DNA from: Chiloscyllium plagiosum
Taxonomy: Eukaryota
Assembly: GCF_004010195.1 (NCBI RefSeq)
Contig: NC_057728.1
Coordinates: 46,893,402-46,957,401 of the forward strand
Length of the DNA stretch: 64,000 nt
Reading direction: 5' to 3'
Below are positions 1-13,365 of the stretch, one piece after another. A program made the translations under genes and the position numbers. Below the pieces are notes generated by a model. That model was given only the letters and a program-made list of their open reading frames with translations. It was not told the origin of the DNA and did no database searches. The number at the start of each line of letters is the position of its first letter. The first letter of the stretch is position 1.

Positions 1-570
1 CAAGAGGATTGAGGGATTTGAGTTCAGAAGTGGCAATGCTGTTATACAAGACCTCGTTGACACCAAACCTGCAGTATGACATGCAGGTTTCCCCATCTCA
101 GAAAAATAGGCCACAGAGGGAGCACAGCGGAGGTTCACCAGACTGATACCAAGGATAACAGGACTGTTCCATGAGGAGAAATTGGTTCAGCTGGAGCTGT
201 ATTTATTAGAGTTAAAAAGGATGAGAGGGGATCTGATCAAAATGTACATAATTCTAACAGGGCTGGACAGACTAGATGCGGTGAAGATATTTTCCCTGGT
301 TGCAGTGTCTAGAATCAGGGGACACAGACTCAGGCTACAGGTAGGACATTTAGAAAAAAATGAGGAAACCTTATTCAAAGGGTGGTGAACTTGTGGAACT
401 CTCCACCATAGAAGGCTGTGGAGGCCAAGTCATTGAATATATTTGAGAAATAGGTAGATATTTTTTAGATATAAAAGGTATGAAGGGATCTGGGAAGAAA
501 GCAGAAATATGGCAATGAGATTGAGGATCTGTCATGTTTTCATTGAACAGCTTGGATGGTATACTCCTGT
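1..570 (+). mobile_element. CR1-clade LINE 3' fragment (decayed RT C-terminus and 3' UTR)
   Basis: ORF 182-388 contains LELKRMRGDLIKMYIILTGLDRLD, matching the CR1 ORF2 C-terminal 'LE.RRLRGDLIE.YKI' pattern. Confidence 0.85.
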
Positions 571-2154
571 GCCTAGTTTGTAGTTTTTATATATTTCTAG
601 AAATTAATGATGGTTGAAGGATTGTCATCCTTTTTAAAAGCAAGTTATCTAGCACTCATTATAAGTGCTGCTCACATTACTGTCTGTTCACAATAGTGGG
701 AAAGCCTAGTTGCAGACGAGGGGTGCATACAAATGGAGATTCAATGGGAAGCAAGTTGCTGATTTGTCTGAGGTATGGTAGCCAGTTATCAATGGCAAAA
801 GTCTTTGGCCAGCCAGCAACTTTGCGATTGGCTCCTAGATAGCCTTATGTGCATGTATGTTTGAGGTAGAAGCCATCAGATCCCTGAGAGAAAAGGGACT
901 GAGCTTTTTCCCCACCATGACAACCACCTCAAGCCTGAAAAAAAGCCAGTTTCTTTCCCCTTCACAGTTGCTGTAAAGTATGGCTCTTCACCAAGCAATC
1001 AGAGACTTTATAAATGTGAAATCATCCACCTGTTCCTACTGTAAGCAAGTGAAATGGAAGATCGAAGAGCAACAAGAGCTTAGATTCCAAAGTGTCACCT
1101 CAGAGAAAGCTGTAGACAGGGACAAATGGTAGTGTCTTCCCAGTCTTTCCCTCTGCCCAGAGCACCCATGGTGTTTTTCTTGTCTGCACCTGTTTGCATG
1201 TGTCCATAGAAGAAATTTATAGCAACATCAGAGTCTTAATTTAAACATTTATAAGTTGAAGGTTCGTAATTATTTGTCTGTGGTTAGAATCTATTGATTT
1301 GTAAGAAATAATTATTCTCATAAAGTAAAGAAACCTGGTCTCTGCTTTCTCTTTAGCTGGTTCTAAAGCACAGCTAAATTTGGGAATTATTCATATTTAA
1401 AATCGTTAACTTCTGCAACAATCCAGGAATAGCAAGGTTTGTTCTTCAGCATGCTACCCCAGTGGAGTGAAACTTAGCAAAAAATTAAATGCTCTAACTA
1501 GAACAGCCAAAAGGGCTGGCAGCATTTAAAATATGAGGAATTATAAAACATGAAACCACAGTAAACAAATCCTGCAACTTATAACTGAAATTAAGGTTAT
1601 TTTCATAAGATTATTGTCTCCTTTATGCCTTATCAGATGAAATATTTATTAACTGCAAAGCACAACCTCTTGTATGTACTTCCCAAAGGCAAAATAACTT
1701 TAAGTGTGAGAATCAGATTCCTAAATTACATTATTTTAGCCAATCCAACATACTGTCAAAGAAATAATTTATTTTGCATGACAAAAAAAAGAGAGCACAG
1801 GGAATAAAAACATTGGAAAATTGTAAATGAGTATAAGTTGGTTTTGAAACCCTCTTTTTTTGTGCGATTTAGTGAAATGAACACCTGAAAAGTGGAACAG
1901 AGAGTACAATGATTTCAAGCTGAATTTAGATACAGCGAGCTCCAGTGACTATAAGCCAGCTGCAATGAAGTGCTAAAGATTTGACCTTTTCATGTTTGGT
2001 AGGTCAGTGCCACCTGGGAGACAGCCTGGCACTTGTTTTGTCAAGACGATTGAAAACAACATTAAAGAAACAATTCAAACAACTTTCAGAGAGCAGAAAT
2101 GATTTCTAAAACTCATATACACTTTCTGTTAACAACGCAACTGAGGAAAAACTG

Positions 2155-2380
2155 AATAAAAATTTTTACTCAGAGAGTAGTAGGGGTATCGAATGCCCTG
2201 CCTGCAACAGTAGTAGACTCGCCAACTTTAAGGGCATTTAAATGATCATTGGATAGGCATATGGACGAGAATGGAATAGTGTAAATTAGATGAGCTTCAG
2301 ATTGGTTTCACAGGTCGGGGCAACATCGAGAGCCGAAGGGCCATACTGTGCTGTAGTATTCTATGTTCTAAGTTCTATGT
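2155..2380 (+). mobile_element. CR1-type LINE 3' tail (second subfamily)
   Basis: FFTQRVV..WN-like end, then ...gccgaagggccatactgtgctgtag and a (ttctatg)n tail; a similar copy lies at 26845-27010. Confidence 0.8.
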
Positions 2381-2420
2381 GTAGCTAAGAAAACTTTTAC
2401 ACCTTTTGTCATTTGTTCAT

Positions 2421-3261
2421 AGGACACTTGTGAACCCAATGAGATTTTAGAACCATTGACCGTAGTTTCATTACCACCATTCAACTAGCTGTCAATCCCA
2501 GATTCCACTTGCCATGGAGGGATTCGAAACTGTTACTTAGAACATTAGCCTGGTGTTCTGGATTACTGGACCACAAGCTCATCCTCACAGTGGTTTAAAT
2601 ACATATGGGCATCACTAGCAGAAGCAGCATTGATTCTCTGTCCTTGCTTGCCCTCTGAAGATGCCTTTGCATTTTCTTCTTGAACAGTTTGACAGAAATG
2701 AAACCATTTGCTAGGCTACTCCAAAGAGCATTTAAGAGATAATCAAGTTGGACTAGAGCTGGATCATAAATAGATCAGATCAGGTGATAAAAAAAATGAA
2801 AGAACTGCGAATGTTGGAAATCAGAAACAAAAACAGAAATTGATGGAAATGTTCAGCAGGTCTGGCAACATCTCTGGACAGAAATAAGAGTTAATGGGAC
2901 CCTTCCTCAGAACTCAAATTTGGTAATGATGGTAGTTTTCTTTCCACCAATGGATATAAACAACTATTTGAATTTTACATTAATCTGGCACTTCAGATAC
3001 GATTTGCATCTCCAGATTTTTTATTTGAATTTTCAAACTACTGTGATGGGATCATTCATCTGAAAACTGAACAGTTATGACATTTTACCCATATGTATTT
3101 AAACCACTGTGGTCCAGTAATCCAGAACACCAGGCTAATGTTCTAAGTAACAGTTTCAAATCCCACCATGGCAAGTGGAATCTGGGATTGACAGCTAGTT
3201 GATGGTGGTAATGAAACTATGGTCAATGGTTCTAAAATCGCATTTGGTTCACAAATGTCCT
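2421..3261. repeat. Local inverted duplication (~175-190 bp arms at 2421-2609 and 3088-3261)
   Basis: The arms are near-identical reverse complements, including non-SINE flank (cccatatgtatttaaaccactgtg); the left arm has a short extra insertion. Confidence 0.9.
2795..2915 (-). mobile_element. Penelope pseudo-LTR remnant (family B)
   Basis: ...cagcaggtctggcaacatc...agagttaatgggacccttcctcagaact matches the reverse complement of the 37919-38015 copy with part of the hammerhead deleted. Confidence 0.75.
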
Positions 3262-3448
3262 TTAGGGTAGGAAACCTGCCATCCTTATCTGGTCTGGCCT
3301 ACACATGACTCCAGACTCACAGCAATGTGGTTGACTCTTAACTGTCCTCTGAAATAGCCCACCAAGCTATTCAGTTCAAAGGCTACAAAGATTGGGCAAC
3401 AAATGCTGGTCTTGCCAACCATGCCCACATCCAGTAAAAGGAATAAAG
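3105..3448 (+). mobile_element. tRNA-derived SINE (unnamed family) with LINE-derived 3' tail
   Basis: B-box-like gtttcaaatccc; core ggtctggcctacacatgactccagac; tail gggcaacaaatgctgg...atgcccacatcc shared with the LINE at 26040-26475. Other copies at 37170-37440(-) and 56420-56665(+). Confidence 0.7.
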
Positions 3449-3554
3449 AATCATCAGGCTTCATGTGAAAATCAACATGCAGTGAATAATTTGGAAAAGA
3501 TTTAAGAATGGCTTAAGAAAGAGTTTCACAACAATATTTCACAGAAATATGTCA

Positions 3555-3880
3555 ATGTTGTGAAACTTGTAAGTGCTTAGGAAAGAGCTACTAAGATGTT
3601 GCCAGGGTTGGAGGATTTGAGAGATAGGGAAAGGCTGAATCAGCTGGGGCTATTTTCACTGGAGCATCCGAGGCTGAGGGGTGACCTTATAGAGGTTCAT
3701 AAAATCATGAAGGGTATGGATAGGGTAAATAGACAAGGTCTTTTCCCTGGGTTGGGGGTATCCAGAACTGGAAGTCATGGGTTTAGGGTGAGGGGGAATT
3801 TTTTAAAAGGAACCTAAGGGGCAATGTTTTCACTCAAAGAGTGGTGTGTGTATGGAATGAGCTGCCAGAGGAAGTGATGG
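3555..3880 (+). mobile_element. CR1/HER1-like LINE 3' fragment, truncated by gap
   Basis: ORF MLPGLEDLRDRERLNQLGLFSLEHPRLRGDLIEVHKIMKGMDRV. Confidence 0.9.
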
Positions 3881-4380
3881 NNNNNNNNNNNNNNNNNNNN
3901 NNNNNNNNNNNNNNNNNNNNNNNNNNNNNNNNNNNNNNNNNNNNNNNNNNNNNNNNNNNNNNNNNNNNNNNNNNNNNNNNNNNNNNNNNNNNNNNNNNNN
4001 NNNNNNNNNNNNNNNNNNNNNNNNNNNNNNNNNNNNNNNNNNNNNNNNNNNNNNNNNNNNNNNNNNNNNNNNNNNNNNNNNNNNNNNNNNNNNNNNNNNN
4101 NNNNNNNNNNNNNNNNNNNNNNNNNNNNNNNNNNNNNNNNNNNNNNNNNNNNNNNNNNNNNNNNNNNNNNNNNNNNNNNNNNNNNNNNNNNNNNNNNNNN
4201 NNNNNNNNNNNNNNNNNNNNNNNNNNNNNNNNNNNNNNNNNNNNNNNNNNNNNNNNNNNNNNNNNNNNNNNNNNNNNNNNNNNNNNNNNNNNNNNNNNNN
4301 NNNNNNNNNNNNNNNNNNNNNNNNNNNNNNNNNNNNNNNNNNNNNNNNNNNNNNNNNNNNNNNNNNNNNNNNNNNNNNNN
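3881..4380. other. Assembly gap (500 N)
   Basis: Run of N. Confidence 1.
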
Positions 4381-6108
4381 GATACTAAATGAGTATTTTG
4401 CATTAGTATTTACTGTGAAAAAGGACATGGAAGATATAGAATGTAGGGAAATAAATGGTGACATTTGAACAATGTCCATATTACAGAAGAGGAAGTTCTT
4501 GATGTCTTGAAATGCATAAAAGTGGATAAATCCACAGGACCTGATCAGGTGTACCCGAGAACGCTGTGGGAAGATAGGAAAATGATTGCTGGGCCTCTTG
4601 ATGAGATATTTGTATCATCAATAGTCACAGGTGAGGTGCCAGAAGACTGGAGGTTGGCTAACATGGTGCCACTGTTTAAGAAAGGAGGAAAGGACAAGCC
4701 AGAGAACTATAGACCAGTGAGCTTGATGTCTGTGGTGGGCAAGTTGATAGAGAGAATCCTGAGGGACAGGATGTACATGTATTTGGAAAGGCAAAGATTG
4801 ATTAGGGATAGTCAACATGGTTTTGTGCATAGGAAATCATGTCTCAGAAACTTGATTGAGTTTTTCAAAGAACTAACAAAGAGGATTGATGAGGGCAGAG
4901 TGGTAGACAGGATCTATAGGGACTTCAGTAAGGTTTTCAACAAGGTTCCCCATAGGAGACTGTTTAGCAAAGTTGTATCTCGTGGAGTACAGGGTGAAGT
5001 AGCCATGTGGATACAGAACTGGTTCAAAAGTAGAAGACAGAGCTTTGTGGTGGAGGGTTGTTTTTCAGACTGGACGTCTGTGATCAGTGGAGTGCCATAA
5101 GGATCGGTGCTGGGTTCACTACTTTTCATCATTTATATAAATGATTTGGATGTGAGCATAAGAGGTATAGTTAGTACATTTGCTGATGACAGCAAAATTG
5201 GAGGAGTAGTGGACAGCGAAGAAGGTTACCTCAGATCACAACGGGATCTTGATCAGATGGGCCAATGGGTTAAGAAGTGGCAAATGGAGTTTAATTCAAA
5301 TAAATGTGAGGTGCTGCATTTTGGGAAAGCAAATCTTAGCAGGACTTATACACTTAATGCTAAGGTCCTAGGGAGTGTTGCTGAACAAAGAGACCTTGGA
5401 GGGCAGGTTCATAGCTCCTTGAAAGTGGAGTCACAGTTGGATAGGATAGTGAAGAAGGCATTTGGCATGCTTTCCTTTATTGTCAGAGTATTGAGTACAG
5501 GAGCTGGGAGGTCATGCTGTGGCTGAACAGGACGTTAGTTAGGCCACTGTTGGAATACTGTGTGCAGTTCTGGTCTCCTTCCTATTGGAAAGATGTTGTG
5601 AAACTTGAAAGGGTTCAGAAAAGATTTACAAGGATGTTGTCAGGGTTGGAGAATTTGAGCTATAGGGAGAGGTTGAATAGGCTGAGGTTGTTTTCCCTGG
5701 AGTGTTGGAGGCCTTACAGAGCGAGGTGACCTTACAGAGGTTTATAAAATCATGAGGGGCATGGATAGGGTAAATAGACAAAGTCTTTTCCCTGGGATAT
5801 GGGAGTCCACAACTAGAGGGCATAGATTGAGGGTGAGAGGGGAAAGATAAAAGAGACCTAAGGGGCAACATTTTCACACAGAGGTGGTACATGTAGGGAA
5901 TGAGCTGCCAGAGGAAGTGGTGGAGGCTAGTATAATTGCAACATTTAAAAGACATCTGGATGGGTACATGAATAGGAAGGGTTTTGAGGGATATGGGCCG
6001 TGTGCTGGCAGGTGGGACTAGATTGGGTTGGGATATCTGGTCGGCATAGATGAGTTGGACCGAAGGGTCAGTTTCTGTGCTGTACATCTCTATGACTCTA
6101 TGACTCTA
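4381..6108 (+). mobile_element. CR1-clade (HER1-like) LINE, 3' 1.7 kb with disrupted reverse transcriptase
   Basis: KSTGPD, NYRPVSL, SQHGF, DFSKVFNKVPH, SGVP*GSVLG, FADD motifs; stops and frameshifts; ends in (ctctatga)n. Confidence 0.95.
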
Positions 6109-6825
6109 ATAGAGAATAAAACAGAATGTTTCAGGTTCAGTTATAAAGGTATACTGGAAAAGTAGGGATTCTTCTACTTGTTGAAGAGAAGGTAATAGAG
6201 TCATAGAGTCAGTTGTTCTTGATATCACAAAAGTGTCGGTAGAGATCACAAGAAGAGATGGTATTCCATGTGACTTCAATGCATTCTCTCTGTGTATAGA
6301 AATTCTTAATCGATTTTCATTTGACCAACTGACAGGAATCTTTTATTCATATCATCTTGTCCTAAAGAGTTTTTTCCATGCATATCATTTTAAAGTTCTG
6401 TAACAAGTCTCTTCTCAGTCTTATCTTTTAACACAGAAATAAAACACCCAGCCTGCCCAACATCTTCATGATAATTTCATTTTCTTTTTACTGGTAACAT
6501 TTCTGTAAATCTTTTCCACATCATTAAGCCTCATTAGGGCAGTGCACTGGAAATCAAGCCCCGCTATTTCCAAACCATTAAAAAGAAATTTAGCAAATAC
6601 ACAGATTTCCCCAAATTAGCTTTCAGCCCCCTGGTTTAGTAGAAAGCACAGACCATATTTCTATGCTTGACATGAATGACGACTTATAAGAAATACTCTA
6701 AATAGGTTCTAACTACAGATAAACAATTCTGAACCATTGACATATAATTATATAAGATGAAACTCTAGCCCCTTTTTAACACCCACACGACAGACAGAAA
6801 AAAAAACATTTGTTACGGGAGGTGT

Positions 6826-7451
6826 TGTGATGGACTAGCCAGACCACTCAAACATTCTTAACCAGGCAGCCCCACACCATAACTTTGCAATTTGTTTCGG
6901 TAAATGTCGTGAAAATTATCCAGTGTAAGTTAGCTAGGTCGATTACTAGATTTTAAAACAGACAAAAATTTATTCACCAAATTACACAATGAAACACAAA
7001 GAACAGAATAAAGAACCCCTACAGAACTCAGTCTATCCAAATTGGACTTAATTATGCTGTTTGTAATATACACAACAGTCCCAATAAGCAAACTCACATT
7101 AAAAACCACTATAAATGGAACACATGCTTCCAGGTTGAAGTTGAAGGGCAGAAGGAGAGAGAGAGAGAACTTCCAACCAGTTCAGGACTGAACTAAACTG
7201 CTCAACTCAGCTAGGGAGCTGACTACTCCCCTTTCATTATACAGGTCACTTATAAAACATGACCACTTTGGCCTGAAGTTTCATCGGCTTACATACAAAC
7301 AAAAGGTCTCTCAAAATCCTTTTCACCTCTGTACCTAAGCAGACTGATCGGAGCCCGGCCTGGTTTATTACCCCTTTGAAAAAAAATCAAGGACAGATTC
7401 TCCTTGAGCCAATGATCAGCTTTTAGAAAAAAAAGGACTAGCTTTGTGACA
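6826..7451. mobile_element. Solo LTR-like element
   Basis: TGTGA...TGACA termini; imperfect 4-bp flanks gtgt/atgt; layout similar to 10757-11400. Confidence 0.55.
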
Positions 7452-7819
7452 ATGTGAGAAACTGGGAAGGCAGTTCAATGTTCCCTGTCCAAAGGGTTTC
7501 TTGAGATTGTTCTTGCATTAATTCTCAATCTTCTTTCTTCAGATACTTTCACTGTTTACAGGTGACTGGTTTCAACTTATAAAAGTCTTTGACTTATCCA
7601 TTAAAAGTCCCAGCTGAGAAAAACTGGAAAGGAGAAATAAACTGGCGAGCATCAAGCTTGGAAAGCAGAGAAGTAATTCAGTTCTTGCCTTTGCAGAGGT
7701 CAGATTGCTTCTGCCAAAAACCGTGCTCACCCCAAGCTGTTCAACTATCTCGGAGCCACATAGATAGTTATTGGCAGACAGAAATTCCTTTGTCATTGAA
7801 ACTGGTAATTCTTCCACAG

Positions 7820-7898
7820 TTGAGAGCGTGGTGCTGGAAAAGCACAGCAGATCAGGCTGGAGCAGGAAAATTGACATTTTGGGCAAAAATCTTTCATG
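7820..7898 (-). mobile_element. Penelope pseudo-LTR remnant (family A)
   Basis: gtggtgctggaaaagcacagcag...ggagcaggaaaattgacattttgggcaaaaatctttcat is a decayed reverse complement of the family A hammerhead region. Confidence 0.75.
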
Positions 7899-9039
7899 CA
7901 ACTACTAGTTGTCAGACATCAGTCCATAAACCTTGGTTCCAGCTTATCTACAACTTAAATTTCTCCATAGCTTGAACATGCAGCTTTGTAAACAGTACTT
8001 ATAATGAGTGTCATGTAACTTACTTTTAAAAGTATAGCCATCCTTCAGCAATTCTTGATTCTTAAAATATTTCTTTTCCCATTTCAGTCCACAATATAAT
8101 CTTCAGAACATTTGCATGAATACTTTAACATTATTATTGTCAACTATCAATTAGTGTTGTTTTTTTTAATGATTTATGCACCTGTATTCTCAAGACTCTC
8201 TTTTCCTCTGCACCCTTTATTTGTTAAGTTTCTTTTGAGGAATATTTATTCAAAGACATGCATGTGAAAGAGAGAAACATAAATGGATTAATTCGGTATA
8301 AAATCAGTGAACTGTAAAAATTAAATTTGACATAATTACCTGTGACAGCTTAGACAGAAGAGAGGTTTGTTTCGGTTCAGATTTCGTTGATGTTAGAACA
8401 TGAATTGTTACACTTGAAAGTGCCACATGTAATACAGTGGACGGCACGCTATTGCAGTCGAAGGTAACCTGCTCAGCAAGGCAAAATTTTGATTCAATAG
8501 AAGCAACGATATAAATGTTGAAGAGGCAGCTATGAATCCTCTAAATCAGTGTGTTTATAGAAGAACTCAAATCAGGTTTTCAGACACTTGAAGGCAGCTC
8601 CCACATTAAAAAAAATGTTCTGATAGCAAGCTTAAGGTATCAAGAAATCTGTTTAGGAAAGTGTTGAATTCCATCACGGGGCTGATACTAGAGGAGGACA
8701 ATGTAACAGAACAATATGAATCATAGTATATAATAATAGTACAGAGGGACTACACAGCCCATTATGTCTTTACTGGCATGCCACCAATTATTCCTACTGA
8801 AACACCTTAAGCTTAAGATAGCTAATTTATTTCTCATTGCTTTTCCCCAGTCGTCCCATAAATTTTAAAGTTTTTTAATTAAAAATCCAATTCTGCTTTG
8901 GAGTTTATGATTAACCATTCTTTCAGACAATACAGGCTGATTATTTGCAATTTTGCAAGATGTTTTTAATCAATGAGATTCATGGCAGACGATCGATGTT
9001 AATTTGTCTCATACAACTGTCCGTTCTTCAAAAGCATAA

Positions 9040-9250
9040 ATAGAAATTTCTGGAGAAACTCAGCAGCTCTGGCAGCATCCGTGGAGAGAAAGCAGAGTTA
9101 ATGTTTGGGGTCGAGTGACCCTTCTTCAGAACTGGACTTAAAACGTTAACTCTACTTTCTGCCCACGGATGCTGCCAGACCCGCAGAGTTTTTCCAGCAA
9201 TTTCTAGGTTTTCTGTTTCTTATTTCCAGCATACGCAGTTCTTTGGTGGT
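9040..9250. mobile_element. Penelope-derived fold-back element (family B, inverted pLTR pair)
   Basis: 9044-9105 is the reverse complement of ~9140-9205; decayed hammerhead on the minus strand at ~9095-9131. Confidence 0.8.
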
Positions 9251-9439
9251 TTTTGCCCACTCTTCAGTTCATTAATTATGCAGCCAGTGTTCATAGCATC
9301 TAGCTCATGCGTATGTACAGTACCATTGATGGAAGTGCACAATGCTGCCGGGACTTTGTAACATTCACACCATTATTTAAAGCCCAGCTTCACAGCATGT
9401 CAGGTGTGGCAGGCCGGGATCTAGACCTTCGCTCTCTGT

Positions 9440-10700
9440 TGCTCCATCATTGGTAACCAATCAAATGGCCCAGAAAAGGAAGCTTACTTCTGGACCTGGA
9501 GGTACTGACGAACAGTGTGGTCACAAGTTCTGTTACCTCCTATCATTGAATGCAGTCAGATTGGGCTGATACAGTACCCTGGATCTGTGTAGTGTTCCAG
9601 GTTCAAAGGAACAGTTAACAGTGCCAAAAAGAAGGTTAAAGGTCTTCTACATTTCACAAGGATAACTGTTACCATTTTCTCTCTTGAGACCTCACACTAA
9701 CAGGGCCATAACCACTTTCTCTAACTCTACCACTGCACATATCTCTCCCTAAGCTTCATGGATTGCAATTCTCAATATTTCATGCAGCATGCCCACTCTC
9801 ATCCACCTCATCCTCCCAAACTGCTAATCCTTCCTGCCATCTATGCTTTCTCTTCACTCAATGGGGCCACCTCATCACCTCTCCTGCCCCTGCATTATCA
9901 TGAAAACCTCTAAGATCCACTTCCATCAGAATCAATCCTTTCCTTTGTATCACTGCAGGGAAGAAACACCTTCTGAAGCGGCCAAGACCAACAGTGGGAT
10001 GGTAGACAACAGGCTTCTCCCCTCATATATTGAGAAAATATTAAAATTGGCTTGAAATTAGGCTTTTATGAAGGAATGCTGAAACCTGCAGGACCAGACA
10101 ACTGCATGAGCTCTGTTGTGTATGAAGCACTGCCCTCCCATTTATGCCAGTGCTAACTCATTCTTATCATGAACAACCTTTAGCTCTACTTCATAACTAA
10201 TTCCCTCTCTTCACCCATGAAGATACTGTTGGGATACAGAAAACAATTGCAAGGATGAGGTCAGCATTGTCTACTCTTTGCTCAGCATTCTTCCTTCTGA
10301 GGAGGAAACTACTCAACCTTCAGAGGATACACTGACAATGCTTTCTCCTGCACCCTCCACCAGATCAGAGACTTCCACCTCGATGCATTGAATTTCTAGA
10401 TCAGGGCCTGGATGAGTACTTTATAGATACACTTCCACAGCCGGGCAAGAGAAGAAAGGCCCCAGAGAGCTGACATTCAGTGGATTTCCAGAGACATTGA
10501 AGATTTACTAATGATGAAAGGGTGAACAGAAGCTGTCTTGTCTTTCTCGCAACTTGCTACCCATCATGGTGGACTGTGCTATACAACACTATGGATATCA
10601 TTTACCGACTGAAGCTGAAAGAAACCACCTGACCTCAGCACCACACAATCTTACTGACTGTCTCACTGCACAGCAGTCTCACTGATTGAAACTTTCTTTA
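9440..10700 (+). mobile_element. Harbinger-type Myb/SANT-gene fossil
   Basis: Decayed QRNS.QCQK..-like segment at ~9600-9660 and REETPSEAAKTNSGMVDNRLLPSYIEKILKLA (cf. 'RE..KTGGG..D.R.LT..EE..L'), separated by an intron-like pyrimidine-rich stretch; paralogous to 19720-20200. Confidence 0.5.
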
Positions 10701-10756
10701 GAATGGCAATGAGGGCCTGTAAAGTGCAGATAATTCAAAGGTGGGATTGACCAAAG

Positions 10757-11400
10757 CTATGGACCAGATCAAACCCCCTTAAAATATTATAAGAAGGTAG
10801 CCCAGATCCTAGATTTTTCTTATTTTAAAGGCAAATGTAAAGTGCTGTGTTCTAGATGCAATTCAACCAGTCAAACTATTCGACATTAAGTAACAAGAAG
10901 TTATTCAAGTGATATAGATAAATACAACAAAAGAAAGAAGAACTTAGAATGACTTAAGAATATTGGAAAACTTAACAGGATAACATGTATAGTAACTATT
11001 ACTAATTAACTGCTCCATTGTAGTAACATTCCATGAACACACCACTTGATAAAAAGGCAAATTCAGAAATCAGATTTTCTCACATGTAACCCAGCAGCAG
11101 AGAGAGAAAAAATATCAAGTGAATACTCAGTAAGAGAAACAGCCAGGAGACACTTACTGCAGCTTCCAACCCTGTTGAGACTTCAACAGCAACTGATATT
11201 GATTCTCAAAGTTAAAAAAAACTAAAAGTTCTGGTCTGTGAGAGCTGCTCACACCGATCCAGGTTTCTGCTATTGTCCCAACTTCAAAAACAACCCCCAA
11301 CAAGTTGTTTATGTTACCACAGATCGTCACATCTTGTTCAATCTCTTTCTTAAAAGAAGCCAGAACAAAACATACCTCTTAAAGCCACAGCATCATCACA
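10757..11400. mobile_element. Solo LTR-like element
   Basis: ~640 bp, ends ...catcatcaca; related in layout to 6826-7451 (atggac-cagac start, tt(t)att(c)a poly-A signal region on the minus strand). Confidence 0.45.
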
Positions 11401-12669
11401 ATACCATTCATGTACCAGTCAAAAATGGATGAGATGAGTGTGTGTTCCTGCTTCCAAAGCGACTGGCAGAAATACGAGAGATGTAAGAGTCCCTCGGTCT
11501 CAAAGTGAAGTGGTGTGGGAGTTAGGTCAGAGGCAGCCATGATGATGTGATGATGCTGGTGGCTTGGTGATGATGTGTGTGGATGAAATGTGGAAGAGGA
11601 CATTGCTCATGGAGCATGCAGTGAAATGATAATGAGAGTGGAGTTGTCTGAAGGCCCAGAAGAACAAGCAGTGGGTTGCTGTTACTAGGCAACCACTCTG
11701 AGTTTCATGTTAGGAATTGTTTCCACTTTGCTTCTTGGGGAAAGAGAGGAGAATTGGGAGATGCATGGAAATGAAGAGAGATTAACTCATAATAAGATGC
11801 AAATACATGGAAACAAGGTAACCACTGCTCATTAATGAGATTAAGAACACATCATTTAAATCTTAAGAGGAAAATTGGGAATTTTCTTCAAAGTGGGAGT
11901 CTGGTATTTTCAATCAGGCTTTATTTTTCCATCTTTCTCATCACTGCCCAAGCATGGTGTGGATAAGTTACTTGGTTTGCTGTCCATAGTACTCCAGAGG
12001 TTGTGATATAAATTGTCTTCAATCCAAAATTCCACATATGAGCAGTCATTTCAGCATTAAAGCATATTAAACACACTTGCAATCGATTGGTACATCAATG
12101 CAAGGCATTGGATTAGTTCAATTGGCTGGATGGCTGATTTGCAACACAGAGTGACGATTCTCACACCACTTGGGGTCACTGTGAAGTTTGCACCCTCTCA
12201 ACCTTACCCCTTGCCTGAGATGTCATGACTGTCAAGTTAACCAAATTCCAAACATCTCCCTCTAATCAGAGAACAACTACTGTGACTATGTCAACTTTAC
12301 CTTTAAAGTCATTACATAGGGAAGTCAGACAAATGCAATGACAAATGAATATACTAAGGGGAAAGCCTGCAGCAGGCACCATGTGTTGCTGAGTAAAGGT
12401 AGCAGCCAAATATCATTGAAATCAATGGAGCTCAATGCATCATAAGGGCCTCCATAAATAACTCTCACAACCCCCCAGAAAGCTCAGAAACACCAGTGAC
12501 TCAGTTAAAGACTATTCTTGGCATTGCTGAAGAAGCATCAGGGATAGCTGCCTACCATCCACAGGTAAGCCTGTATCACAGATACTGAGTCAATTAGTTC
12601 CCAAAATAGAAGTCATTTCTATTCACTGTTCTGGGGAGCAATGGAAATGAAGGGATAAAGAAGGTCTTT

Positions 12670-12990
12670 CATAAATTCAGGACATTCTAAAGCACTTTAC
12701 AATCAACGGGTTACTCACTGTAGGAATTTAGTACTGTAAGAATCTCTGCACAGTAAAGTCCCAAGAAAAGGCGATATAAAAATGACTTGATAATCTGTTT
12801 TAGTGATGTGAGTCAAAGGAGGAACATGAGATCAGGACATTAGGGAGAACAGCCTTGTTCTTCTTCAGTCTTGGACATTGGAATATTTTACATTCATTGG
12901 ACAGACAGAGCCTTGGTTTAATGTCTCATCAGGAAGATGACAACTCCAAAACTGCGACACTCCTTCAGTACTGAACTTGCATATCAATTT
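12670..12990 (-). mobile_element. Deu-domain SINE (SacSINE1/AmnSINE-like)
   Basis: Reverse complement reads cagtactgaaggagtg...gatgagacattaaaccaagg...aacagattatc...gtaaagtgcttt, the Deu-domain pattern; second copy at 51470-51930. Confidence 0.7.
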
Positions 12991-13242
12991 AATTAAACAT
13001 GTAGAGCGCAAATTTCTACAGGTTATGATCCCAGCAGTTATAGACTACATCATCATGATGGGGAGGCACCTCACTTGCATAAGGCTGGCACAGGATATGA
13101 CTCTTTGTCACACTGGGGAGCTCCCAGTACCAGCTTAACTAGTATCTGGAACGGGCTGCACTTGTCTTTCTTGTTCTTTGTTTTACCAAAAGGTGAACTG
13201 ACAAGAGTTACTCAATGAAAATAACACTCCTTCCAAGGATGT

Positions 13243-13365
13243 AGAGTGATAGGGTTGTACAGCACAGAAACACACTCTTCAGTCCAACCTATCCATGCAG
13301 GCCAGATATCCCAAATTAATCTAGTCCCATTTGACAACATTTGGCCCATATTCCTCTAAACCCAT
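13243..13365 (-). mobile_element. CR1/HER1-like LINE 3' tail
   Basis: gtacagcacagaaac...ctagtcccatttg...ggcccatattcctctaaacc is the reverse complement of the 5985-6085 tail. Confidence 0.75.

Noticed and set aside
765..1475. Possible decayed solo LTR
   Set aside because: Composition is suggestive but I could not define termini or a TSD.
3814..4479. Long ORFs of 183-221 aa (and 45610-46074)
   Set aside because: They are open only because they cross N gaps.
11681..11693. Second X-box-like motif gttactaggcaac
   Set aside because: Imperfect and probably within decayed transposon-derived sequence.
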